Shown: one piece after another, positions 8,121-16,256 of the stretch
How the letters are laid out: the number at the start of each line of letters is the position of its first letter
Position numbering within the stretch: the stretch's first letter is position 1
Assembly: GCA_963787125.1 (NCBI GenBank)
Contig: CAWBBV010000029.1
Span: 1-21,162, forward strand
Reading direction: 5' to 3'
Length of the DNA: 21,162 bases
Source: an uncultured delta proteobacterium
Lineage (GTDB): Bacteria > Desulfobacterota > Desulfuromonadia > Geobacterales > DSM-12255
Notes under the pieces: model-generated
Database searches by the model: none
Seen by the model: only the letters and a program-made list of their open reading frames with translations
What the model was told of the DNA's origin: nothing
Position numbers and translations under genes: made by a program

Positions 8121-8185
8121 AGGAGCCGTAACGAAATAACTGTTATTTCCGTTGTTTCGTTACGGCTCCTTATGCCGTTCTTGCC
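8121..8185. repeat. 20-bp hairpin (8121-8170) overlapping the right copy of the 35-bp inverted repeat (8151-8185)
   Basis: AGGAGCCGTAACGAAATAAC-tgttatttcc-GTTGTTTCGTTACGGCTCCT forms 19 Watson-Crick pairs and one G-U. Bases 8151-8185 are the reverse complement of 6390-6424 (33/35). Confidence 0.92.
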
Positions 8186-8275
8186 GTGAAATGTGTACAG
8201 TTATTTAATCCTGACGGCTTAAGTTCAATGAGTGTTTGATCAGATAATATAATATCCATCAAGATGGGGGGGCGG

Positions 8276-9265
8276 ATGAAAGCGGTTTTAATGGAAGGTT
8301 TTGGCGGTGTTGAAGTTATGAAGATTGGCGAGGTTGATAAACCTTCACCTAAGGATGGGCAGGTGCTGTTGAAGGTTCATGCGACAACGGTCAACCGCCC
8401 AGATCTGGTGCAGCGTATGGGTAATTATCCTGCGCCTGCCGGTGATTCGGAGATTCTCGGCCTTGAAGTTGCCGGAGTTATCGAAGAGCTTGGTGCTGGA
8501 GTTGTCGGCTGGAAGGTCGGTGATCGGGTTATGACTCTGGTCGGTGGCGGTTCTTATGCCGAATATGCGGTCGGCTATGCTGGTCATCTCATGCCTATTC
8601 CGGAGAGTATGAGCTTTGAAGAGGCTGCCTGCGTCTGTGAATCCTATATCACTGCTTTTCTCAATATTTTCATGATCGGCGGACTAAAAGATAATAACAC
8701 AGTCATAATCCATGGCGGCGGCGGTGGAGTCAATATGGCCGGTGTCCAGCTTTGCAAGGCGCTTGTACCTAAGACGAAAATTATTGTCACAGCTTCTCCT
8801 GAAAAGATCGAACGGGTTAAAGGAATGGGCGTTGACCTTGTCATAAACTTCCGGGAGACACCCGATTTTGCCGAAGCTGTAAAGGCGTTCACCAACAAGA
8901 AGGGCGTTGACGTTATACTTGACCATGTCGGCGCCAAGTATCTTGCCCCAAATATGAATTCACTCGGTTATGCCGGCAGGCTTGTCATCATCGGGGTCAT
9001 CAGCGGGATCAAGGCTGAGCTGAATCTTGCGCTAATGATGGTTAAGCGCCAGCAGATCATAGGCTCGGTGCTCCGTTCCCGACCTGTCACGGACAAGGGT
9101 GATATCGTAGCCGAGTTTATCAAGACGGCACTACCAAAATTTGCCGACAGAACCATTGTGCCGATAATTGAAAAAGTGTTTACTCTTGATGAAGTTGTTG
9201 CTGCACACAGAATGATGGAAGAAGATAAGCATTTCGGTAAGATAGTAATCAAAGTTGCTTGCTAA
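8276..9265 (+). CDS. NAD(P)H:quinone oxidoreductase, PIG3/zeta-crystallin (MDR) family
   Basis: MKAV..., VNRPDLVQRMGNYPAP..SEILGLEVAG, a Gly-rich HGGGGGV, KGVDVILDHVG, GSVLRSR and C-terminal HFGKIVI. Start could also be 8264. Confidence 0.92.
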   Translation: MKAVLMEGFGGVEVMKIGEVDKPSPKDGQVLLKVHATTVNRPDLVQRMGNYPAPAGDSEILGLEVAGVIEELGAGVVGWKVGDRVMTLVGGGSYAEYAVGYAGHLMPIPESMSFEEAACVCESYITAFLNIFMIGGLKDNNTVIIHGGGGGVNMAGVQLCKALVPKTKIIVTASPEKIERVKGMGVDLVINFRETPDFAEAVKAFTNKKGVDVILDHVGAKYLAPNMNSLGYAGRLVIIGVISGIKAELNLALMMVKRQQIIGSVLRSRPVTDKGDIVAEFIKTALPKFADRTIVPIIEKVFTLDEVVAAHRMMEEDKHFGKIVIKVAC

Positions 9266-9287
9266 ATTCATAAGAGGAGGAGCTAGA

Positions 9288-9674
9288 ATGTCACATGGTA
9301 AAAAACCGGAAATATCGTTTAAGTATATCTTCAATTATGCGTACAACCCTGTTTATGTAAACGGTGCTCATGGCGGTATTTCACCGCGCGGGGAGCTGGT
9401 GATGAATTTTTATCTTGAAAGGCCGCCGCTACCGGAAGAGGTAAAGCACGCCATCAATGATAACGGCACTATAGGTGATGTTACTGCCGAAGAGCCTCAT
9501 GATCTGGGCAGCAGCATGGTTCGTTATGTTGACAACGGTGTGATTCTAAACTACGAATCAGCACGTAATATCCATTACTGGATTGGTGAGAGATTGAAAG
9601 AGATGGAGGCGATTGAGAAGGCAAAGGCTGCAATGAACTTTCCTGAGCAGGGCGGCAGCGAACTGACGCATTGA
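9288..9674 (+). CDS. Hypothetical protein (128 aa), DUF3467-like appearance
   Basis: Strong GAGGAGG RBS before ATG 9288. PVYVNGAHGGISPRGELVMNFYLER pattern. Family assignment is tentative. Confidence 0.75.
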   Translation: MSHGKKPEISFKYIFNYAYNPVYVNGAHGGISPRGELVMNFYLERPPLPEEVKHAINDNGTIGDVTAEEPHDLGSSMVRYVDNGVILNYESARNIHYWIGERLKEMEAIEKAKAAMNFPEQGGSELTH

Positions 9675-9772
9675 TTATATATTCTTGATCCGGGCGGCAT
9701 GCCGTAATTCCACAGCTTAAAAGCCTGCTGGAGTCACTACAATCTTATTAGAAGTGTCTGCTGGTAATGGAC

Positions 9773-9813
9773 AACCCTCTATTTTCTGATACAAGAAGAT
9801 AGAGGGTTTTTTT
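9773..9813 (+). terminator. Rho-independent terminator
   Basis: AACCCTCTATTTTCT-gataca-AGAAGATAGAGGGTT (15 bp, one G-U) followed by a T-run. Confidence 0.8.
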
Positions 9814-9854
9814 GTAACTGTTGCCAGTTCAGCCGAGTTTAGGATGAGGACGCT

Positions 9855-10325
9855 ATGAAAGAGAATATCAAGCTCCTTTGTGTTGATGATGAACGCAATG
9901 TTCTTCGCGCATTAGAGCGAATATTCATGGATGATGACTACGCAATTCTGACTGCTTCTTCTGCGGAAGAAGGGCTTTTGCTCTTTGCCGAAAACCCTGA
10001 CATTCAGGTGGTGATCTCTGACTACAGGATGCCGGGAATGAACGGCGTCGAATTTCTCCGGCAAGTCTGTGAAAAGTATCCTGACACAGTCCGGATAGTC
10101 CTTTCAGGTTATGCCGATACTGCTGCAGTAGTGTCAGCCATCAACGAAGGCCAGATCTACAAATTTGTCTCTAAACCGTGGAGTGATGAGGAGCTACGAC
10201 AAACCGTTGCCAAGGCAGTCGAGAGCTTTGCCATCCATCACCAGAATCAGGAACTGGCCAGGGAGCTTGATGCTCTGAAACTGGAGCTGGCAGCGCTCAA
10301 AAGCCGTGTTGAAAGCGGGATTTAA
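9855..10325 (+). CDS. Single-domain response regulator with a C-terminal coiled coil
   Basis: LLCVDDE, VVISDYRMPGMNG (phospho-Asp), LSGY and KFVSKPW, then heptad-like QNQELARELDALKLEL. Confidence 0.93.
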   Translation: MKENIKLLCVDDERNVLRALERIFMDDDYAILTASSAEEGLLLFAENPDIQVVISDYRMPGMNGVEFLRQVCEKYPDTVRIVLSGYADTAAVVSAINEGQIYKFVSKPWSDEELRQTVAKAVESFAIHHQNQELARELDALKLELAALKSRVESGI

Positions 10326-10331
10326 AACAAA

Positions 10332-10988
10332 ATGATTGAATACAATCAGGCGGAAAAAAGAATGGTTTTGAAGCTTGTCTATTATGGCCCGGCCATGTCC
10401 GGTAAAACGACAAATCTTCTGACTTTGCATGAGCTCCTGGTGAAGGAAGGCAGGGGCGAGCTGATGGTGCTTGATACGGTGGACGACAGGACAATCTTTT
10501 TCGATCTGCTACCGTTTTGCCTCGTTGCACCGAGCGGCCTGAAAATAAAACTGAAAGTTTATACCGTTCCTGGCCAGGTAAAGCATGATGCGACGCGAAA
10601 GGCTGTTCTGCAGCGGACGGACGGTGTTGTTTTTGTAGCTGATTCGCAGTTGAATGAGCAGGCCAATAATGCGAACAGCTTTGAGAATCTTGAGCAGAAT
10701 CTCGCTCTTGTGGGGATAGATATCGACGCGCTGCCGTTGATCGTTCAGTTCAACAAGCGTGATCTGCCGGATATAATTGCAGCTGGGGAGGTCGAGAGAA
10801 TCTGGAGCAGCACAGGTATACCGATTACGTTTAGTTCGGCGTTGAAGGGTGAGGGTGTTGTCGAGACTTTTGCCGTAATTACGGGTCTTGTTTTTGAGCA
10901 TCTTGACAGAAAGTTAAAGCTGACAGCCAGCCACGGGCTTACAAAAGAGGCTTTCACTTTGCAGCTTTGCCGTGTGAACGACTTATAA
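10332..10988 (+). CDS. MglA-family small Ras-like GTPase
   Basis: KLVYYGPAMSGKTTNL (P-loop), DRTIFFDLLP (intrinsic Arg finger and Thr), YTVPGQV (catalytic Gln), DGVVFVADSQ and NKRDL. Confidence 0.93.
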   Translation: MIEYNQAEKRMVLKLVYYGPAMSGKTTNLLTLHELLVKEGRGELMVLDTVDDRTIFFDLLPFCLVAPSGLKIKLKVYTVPGQVKHDATRKAVLQRTDGVVFVADSQLNEQANNANSFENLEQNLALVGIDIDALPLIVQFNKRDLPDIIAAGEVERIWSSTGIPITFSSALKGEGVVETFAVITGLVFEHLDRKLKLTASHGLTKEAFTLQLCRVNDL

Positions 10989-11003
10989 GGGAGAGGCAGA
11001 GGC

Positions 11004-12296
11004 ATGAACAGGCATCGTGAGCAGATAGAATATCTGGTGGGCCAGGAGTATAATCTGCTGGAACTCCTTCAGTGTGTAGAGGTCCGGGCTCTCGTTCATG
11101 AAGCACTGCTTGCCGGGGCTCTGCAGCTGCAGCTGACGATTGAGGATGGCTCCGTGGTATGTGCTGAAGGTAGTAACCCGATAACGGGTTTGAGGCGCGA
11201 AATCAGGTTGCCGCTTTTCCTCGAAGGTGAGAGGGTCGGTGAGCTTCTGGTAAGCGGTGAGGAACATGACAGGGCTCTTGACGGCATTGCTGCAATGCTT
11301 CGATCCGCAATCACGGTTGTGCTTCATAATAACCTGAAAAGGATGCTGACTGCCGAGATGCACACCTCACTTGTGACAAAAACCTACGATGAACTGTTGG
11401 CCAAGAACCTTGATATCTCCGCATCCGAGGCGAGATATCGTGAGCTTGCCGAGACTCTTGAGCTAAAGGTCAAGGAACGGACTGAAGAGTTGGGACTCGC
11501 CCATGCACGGCTCTTGCAGCAGGAGAAACTAGCTTCAATCGGCCAGCTAGCTGCCGGTGTTGCCCATGAGATAAACAACCCTATTGGCTTTATCAACAGT
11601 AATCTGGCGACTTTCAGGAAATATGTCAGTCGGTTACTGGAGATGGTTGACTGGTATCATGCACAGATTCTGACAATAGCCGGTCTAAATGAGGCAGCTG
11701 CTCTAAAAGAGAAAGAACTCAAGATCGAGGTTATCAGAAATGACGTCTGGGACCTGCTTGAGCAGAGCCTCGCCGGAGCGGAGCGGGTGAAGAAGATAGT
11801 GGCTGATCTGAAAGGGGTGTCTCATGTTGATGAGGTCTCCGGTGCAAGGTTCAATCTGCGGCTTGAAGTAGAGAGGACATTATCTGTTATGCACGCACAG
11901 CTTCCAACAGATGCGATTGTCAACTGCGACCTGGTGGATACTCCAATGATTAGCGGCAGTGGCGGCCTTTTTTGTCAGGCCTTGGTGAACATGGTCCAGA
12001 ATGCCGTACAGGCCGTGCCAATAGGGCTTATGCTGCAACTTAAGTCGGAATGCTCAGCTACAAAAGTCAGTTTCTCTGTTGCGGACAACGGTCCTGGGAT
12101 TCCAAAAGAAATGCGTGGCAAGGTGTTTGACCCATTCTTTACCACCAGAGAGGTTGGCGCAGGCACAGGCATGGGGTTGGCCGTGGTTTATGATATCGTC
12201 AAAAAGTGCGGTGGGAACGTTTCAATAGCAGATTCACCAGGGGGCGGAGCGCTGTTTTTAATCGAGTTTCCACTGCAGCCAACAGAGGGAGTTTAA
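11004..12296 (+). CDS. Cytoplasmic sensor histidine kinase (NtrB-like HisKA + HATPase)
   Basis: [22 protein letters not shown] (H box), NMVQNAVQA (N), DNGPGI (G1), FDPFFTT (F) and GTGMGL (G2). No TM segment is visible. Confidence 0.93.
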   Translation: MNRHREQIEYLVGQEYNLLELLQCVEVRALVHEALLAGALQLQLTIEDGSVVCAEGSNPITGLRREIRLPLFLEGERVGELLVSGEEHDRALDGIAAMLRSAITVVLHNNLKRMLTAEMHTSLVTKTYDELLAKNLDISASEARYRELAETLELKVKERTEELGLAHARLLQQEKLASIGQLAAGVAHEINNPIGFINSNLATFRKYVSRLLEMVDWYHAQILTIAGLNEAAALKEKELKIEVIRNDVWDLLEQSLAGAERVKKIVADLKGVSHVDEVSGARFNLRLEVERTLSVMHAQLPTDAIVNCDLVDTPMISGSGGLFCQALVNMVQNAVQAVPIGLMLQLKSECSATKVSFSVADNGPGIPKEMRGKVFDPFFTTREVGAGTGMGLAVVYDIVKKCGGNVSIADSPGGGALFLIEFPLQPTEGV

Positions 12297-12299
12297 ACG

Positions 12300-14705
12300 A
12301 TGTCACGATACGCAGGACTCTTCAGTTCAGCCGGGAAGGGAGAGCAGGGAGGGCAGCCTAAAGAGCAGCAAGGGAGCAGCCACGACCCTAAGTTCACGCT
12401 TCTTTTCGTTGATGATGAGGAGAATGTGCTGGCGGCAATGCGACGGATTTTCATGGAGGAAAATTACGAGATTTTCATTGCAACTTCGGCTGAAAAGGCA
12501 CTTGCCATAATGGAGCGTGAGCAGGTGAACCTCATTCTCACCGACCATCGGATGCCTGGAATGAGTGGCGGCGAACTGCTCAAGATTGTCAGAGAGCGTT
12601 GGCCGGAGACAATTCGGATCATGTTGACCGGATATGCGGATGTGAACTCCATAATGGGGGCGGTAAAAGATGGCGCAGTCTATAAATTCATAACCAAACC
12701 GTGGAATGATGAAGACCTGCGACTGACAGTAAGCCTTGCCTTGCAGCAGTATGTTCTCCTTCATGAAAACCGTCGTCTGAAAGAGGTTACCCGCAGTCAG
12801 CAGCAGAAGCTTAAGGGGTATACCGGCATATTTGACGAAAATCGCGGAGTGATGGGAAAAATACTACTTCAGGAAGGGGTCTTAAGAGCGGAGGAGTTGG
12901 AAAAAGCGTACAAGGAGTTGAAGGATTCTGAATTCCTTAGTGATGTCATTGTCAGGCTTGGAATCGCCTCTGAAAGCCGGATACTAAAGGCGATGCAGGA
13001 TAATTTGAAAGTGGAGTATATTGACCTGCGCGAAGCTCAACTCCAGTCTGCTGCGGTAAAATTTCTCCCCAGAGAGCTCTGCGAGAAAAATCGCATTCTC
13101 CCGATCAGGCTGGATGGGAGTCAGCTGACAATTGCCATGGCTGATCCGTCAGATATTTACAAGTATGACAATATTTCCGTCATGACTGGCTTAAAGGTCG
13201 TGCCGTTATTGGCTGCCAGTTCGGAAATACTTTCCCAGCTCAAGTCATTTTACGGGGAGCGAGATCAGGATCTCGGTGCTGATGCTGATGATGTGGATGG
13301 TCTTGAGCCACTTGACGAGATTGATATCATTATCGAAGCAGAGGATAGTGATATCAACATCGCCGAGCTGATAAGCTCGTCAGCGATCCCTCCGGTTATT
13401 AGGATTGTGAATGCAATAATCTCGGAAGCGGTCAGATACAGAGCAAGCGATATCCATATAGAGCCGAAGACTAAATACACCCTTATCAGATACCGGGTTG
13501 ACGGGATGCTGCACAGCAAGATAAAGATTCCGGCTGAACTTCATTCCGCAGTTATTTCCAGACTTAAAATCCTTGCCAAGATGGATATTGCAGAGCGAAG
13601 ACGACCGCAGGACGGCAGGATAACTGTCAAGGCAGGTGTCAGGATAGTCGACATGCGGGTCTCCTGCCTCCCTTCCATGAATGGTGAAAAGATAGTCATG
13701 AGGATGCTGGACAAGAGTGCCGCCATAAAGGGGTTGACGGAACTGGGGGTTATGCCGGCCGAGCTGAAGAGACTGCAACTGATTGCCTCAAAGCCTCAAG
13801 GGGTTATCATTAGTACAGGTCCTACCGGTAGCGGTAAGACGACGATGCTGTACTCTATTCTTGCCTCAATCATGGATTCGAGCAAAAATTTTGAAACGAT
13901 AGAGGAACCGGTCGAGTATTTTCTTGAGGAGGCCACCCAGATAGCAGTCCGCGAGAAAATTGGGCTGACTTTTGCTCAGGTGCTTCGTTCAACTCTGAGG
14001 CAGGATCCGGATATAATACTCGTCGGGGAGATGCGGGATTTCGAAACTGCGGATGTGGCCTTTAAAGCCGCCCTGACAGGTCATCTGGTTTTTACTACTC
14101 TTCACACCAACAGTTCTGTTGCCTCCATCACAAGGTTGATGGATATGGAGATAAAACCGTACATAATTGCTTCCGCTCTTCAAGGGATCATGGCCCAGCG
14201 GCTTGTGAGGCGGATCTGTCCTGACTGTATTACTCAGGTAGAGCCTGATTCTGAACTGCTCAAGGCCCTCAAAATCCCTCCGGAAGTTATCGGCAAGAGT
14301 GTTGGCAAAGGAAAAGGTTGTGATAATTGCAATAAAAGCGGTTATCGTGGCAGAGTCGGAATTTTTGAACTGTTTGTCATGACAGAGGATTACCGGCAGA
14401 TGATCAGCAGTAACTACCGGGAGAGTGAACTACTCCAACTTGCTAAAACTGAGGGGATGCGCACTCTTGTTGAAGACGGTGTTGAAAAGGTAAAGGCCGG
14501 ACTGACAACGCTTGAAGAGTTGTTACGGGTTTTAGGACCACAGACCGGCAACGAGCGGTGTTGTGATGGCTGTTCCAGAATGATTGATCCAAAGTTTGTC
14601 TTCTGTCCATATTGCGGTGTTTTCAGAAGTAACTACTGTCATGCCTGCAAACTGCCGCTCGATGAGGAGTGGATAAGATGCCCGCTCTGCGGTGTGCATA
14701 AGTGA
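12300..14705 (+). CDS. REC-fused PilB/GspE-family assembly ATPase with a C-terminal double zinc ribbon
   Basis: REC (FVDDE, LTDHRMPGM, KFITKPW), an MshEN-like/T2SSE_N region, ASDIHIEP, RRPQDGR, Walker A GPTGSGKTT, RQDPDIILVGEMRD, His box GHLVFTTLHTN, CPDC...CDNC, and four terminal CxxC pairs. Confidence 0.93.
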   Translation: MSRYAGLFSSAGKGEQGGQPKEQQGSSHDPKFTLLFVDDEENVLAAMRRIFMEENYEIFIATSAEKALAIMEREQVNLILTDHRMPGMSGGELLKIVRERWPETIRIMLTGYADVNSIMGAVKDGAVYKFITKPWNDEDLRLTVSLALQQYVLLHENRRLKEVTRSQQQKLKGYTGIFDENRGVMGKILLQEGVLRAEELEKAYKELKDSEFLSDVIVRLGIASESRILKAMQDNLKVEYIDLREAQLQSAAVKFLPRELCEKNRILPIRLDGSQLTIAMADPSDIYKYDNISVMTGLKVVPLLAASSEILSQLKSFYGERDQDLGADADDVDGLEPLDEIDIIIEAEDSDINIAELISSSAIPPVIRIVNAIISEAVRYRASDIHIEPKTKYTLIRYRVDGMLHSKIKIPAELHSAVISRLKILAKMDIAERRRPQDGRITVKAGVRIVDMRVSCLPSMNGEKIVMRMLDKSAAIKGLTELGVMPAELKRLQLIASKPQGVIISTGPTGSGKTTMLYSILASIMDSSKNFETIEEPVEYFLEEATQIAVREKIGLTFAQVLRSTLRQDPDIILVGEMRDFETADVAFKAALTGHLVFTTLHTNSSVASITRLMDMEIKPYIIASALQGIMAQRLVRRICPDCITQVEPDSELLKALKIPPEVIGKSVGKGKGCDNCNKSGYRGRVGIFELFVMTEDYRQMISSNYRESELLQLAKTEGMRTLVEDGVEKVKAGLTTLEELLRVLGPQTGNERCCDGCSRMIDPKFVFCPYCGVFRSNYCHACKLPLDEEWIRCPLCGVHK

Positions 14706-14716
14706 GATGAATAATT

Positions 14717-15712
14717 ATGATTGAAGCTGTCACTGAAATAAAGTCCGGAACAATACTGTTTGTCGATGATGAGCAGTCAGTACTTAATGCCCTTCAGAGA
14801 CTTTTAGCGGATACAGAGCATAGTTGTATCTTCTGCAGTTCGCCATTTGAAGCGCTCGAACTGGTGAAAAAAGAAAAAATCCAGGTGGTGGTTTCTGACA
14901 ATCAGATGCCGGGAATGACAGGGATAGACTTTCTTTATCGACTCAGAATACTTTCTCCTGACACTGTCAGAATAATGATGACTGCTTATGCTAACCTGGG
15001 TGTTGCTATTGCGGCAATCAATCAGAGTGAGGCTTTCCGCTTTATAACCAAGCCGTGGGATAATGACGAACTTCTCACTTTGGTCGATGAAGCTGTCGCC
15101 AGATACGAAATGCGGACGACTATGCGGAGTCGTGATGAATCGCTTTATCGATCCCTTGCCCATACGGTTGAGCTCAAAGACCCATATACGCGGGGGCATT
15201 GCGACCGGGTTGCAGACTATGCAGAGAGGCTTGCACATGCATTAGGGATTGAAGAGCCGCTACTGACATGTATCCGTCATGGTAGTATTCTCCATGACTG
15301 CGGCAAGATCGGTGTGCCTGAAGAGGTGCTTAACTTCCCCGGAAAGCTGACGTTAGCGGAGTTTGAGATAATCAAGCAGCATCCTGATTGGGGGACACAG
15401 GTTGCTCGTGAAGCGAACCTGCCGGAAGCGGTGGTAAATGTCATTCTCTATCATCACGAGCGGATTGACGGGAGTGGTTATCCTGCGGGACTGACGGGTA
15501 ACAGCATACCGCTGGAAGCAAGAATCGCAGCCATTGCTGATGTGTTTGATGCGATTACAAGCGACAGGCCATACCGAAAAGGTAACTCGCATGCTGATGC
15601 AATAGACATTCTTGATAGTCTTGCCGGGCTGTTGGACAGCGAGCTGCTGGGGGTGTTCAAATTGCAGGTGATTCCTGAGCTTACTGATCTATATCTGACG
15701 GAAGGTAGGTAG
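14717..15712 (+). CDS. REC-HD-GYP cyclic dinucleotide phosphodiesterase
   Basis: REC (FVDDE, VVSDNQMPGM, RFITKPW), then KDPYTRGH, LHDCGK, HHERIDGSGYP and ADVFDA...RPYRK. Confidence 0.93.
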   Translation: MIEAVTEIKSGTILFVDDEQSVLNALQRLLADTEHSCIFCSSPFEALELVKKEKIQVVVSDNQMPGMTGIDFLYRLRILSPDTVRIMMTAYANLGVAIAAINQSEAFRFITKPWDNDELLTLVDEAVARYEMRTTMRSRDESLYRSLAHTVELKDPYTRGHCDRVADYAERLAHALGIEEPLLTCIRHGSILHDCGKIGVPEEVLNFPGKLTLAEFEIIKQHPDWGTQVAREANLPEAVVNVILYHHERIDGSGYPAGLTGNSIPLEARIAAIADVFDAITSDRPYRKGNSHADAIDILDSLAGLLDSELLGVFKLQVIPELTDLYLTEGR

Positions 15713-16250
15713 ACTCCTGTTCAGGTCCTCCTTTCCCGGATACATAATTCTCAACAAGTTGATCAATTTGTCCGGAAACAGACTCCTTGAGCCGTGCTGT
15801 CAACTCTGCCTCTCGTGTTTTCTGATATGATGATGGGAGCTGCCGTACTTCATAATGAACATGGGGTCCTGTCGATCTGCCGGTATTGCCCGAAAGGGCG
15901 ATGACAGTTTTGGGGGTAACGTACATCCCCGGCTTGACGAGGATGTCAGCGTTGTGCCCGTAAAGAGATATATAGCCTTTACCATGTTCAATGGCGACAA
16001 GATTGCCGTAACCTTTGTAGACGCCGGCAAAGTAGACCGTCCCTTCCTGGGTAGGGTGGACAGCAGTGCCGGTCGGCACGGCAATATCCCAGCCGTTGTG
16101 CATCAGCATTTTGCCGCTGCCAAAGGGGTCAAGCCGCAGCCCTGGGCTGGAAGTCAGTACACCGCCGTCAACCGGTGATTTACGGTCGGCTAGAGCTGCT
16201 ACCGGAGAAAGGGCGAGGATTGTGAGAATTATTGTCGCGATAAAATTCAT
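15681..16250 (-). CDS. Exported M23-family metallopeptidase
   Basis: Signal peptide MNFIATIILTILALSPVAALA, HNGWD (HxxxD), YGH, and GRSTGPHVHYEV (HxH). Start set at ATG 16250. Confidence 0.9.
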   Translation of the reverse strand: MNFIATIILTILALSPVAALADRKSPVDGGVLTSSPGLRLDPFGSGKMLMHNGWDIAVPTGTAVHPTQEGTVYFAGVYKGYGNLVAIEHGKGYISLYGHNADILVKPGMYVTPKTVIALSGNTGRSTGPHVHYEVRQLPSSYQKTREAELTARLKESVSGQIDQLVENYVSGKGGPEQESTYLPSDIDQ

Positions 16251-16256
16251 ATTATG

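Noticed and set aside
8121..8206. Integron attC site or CRISPR repeat
   Set aside because: AAC/GTT cores are present, but there is no integrase, cassette array, regular repeat-spacer pattern or cas gene.
9690..9772. Known riboswitch (c-di-GMP-I/cGAMP GEMM or fluoride) ahead of the signalling operon
   Set aside because: Conserved cores such as GGCAAA...GACGCAAAG or GATGG...GCTRATGAC are not present.
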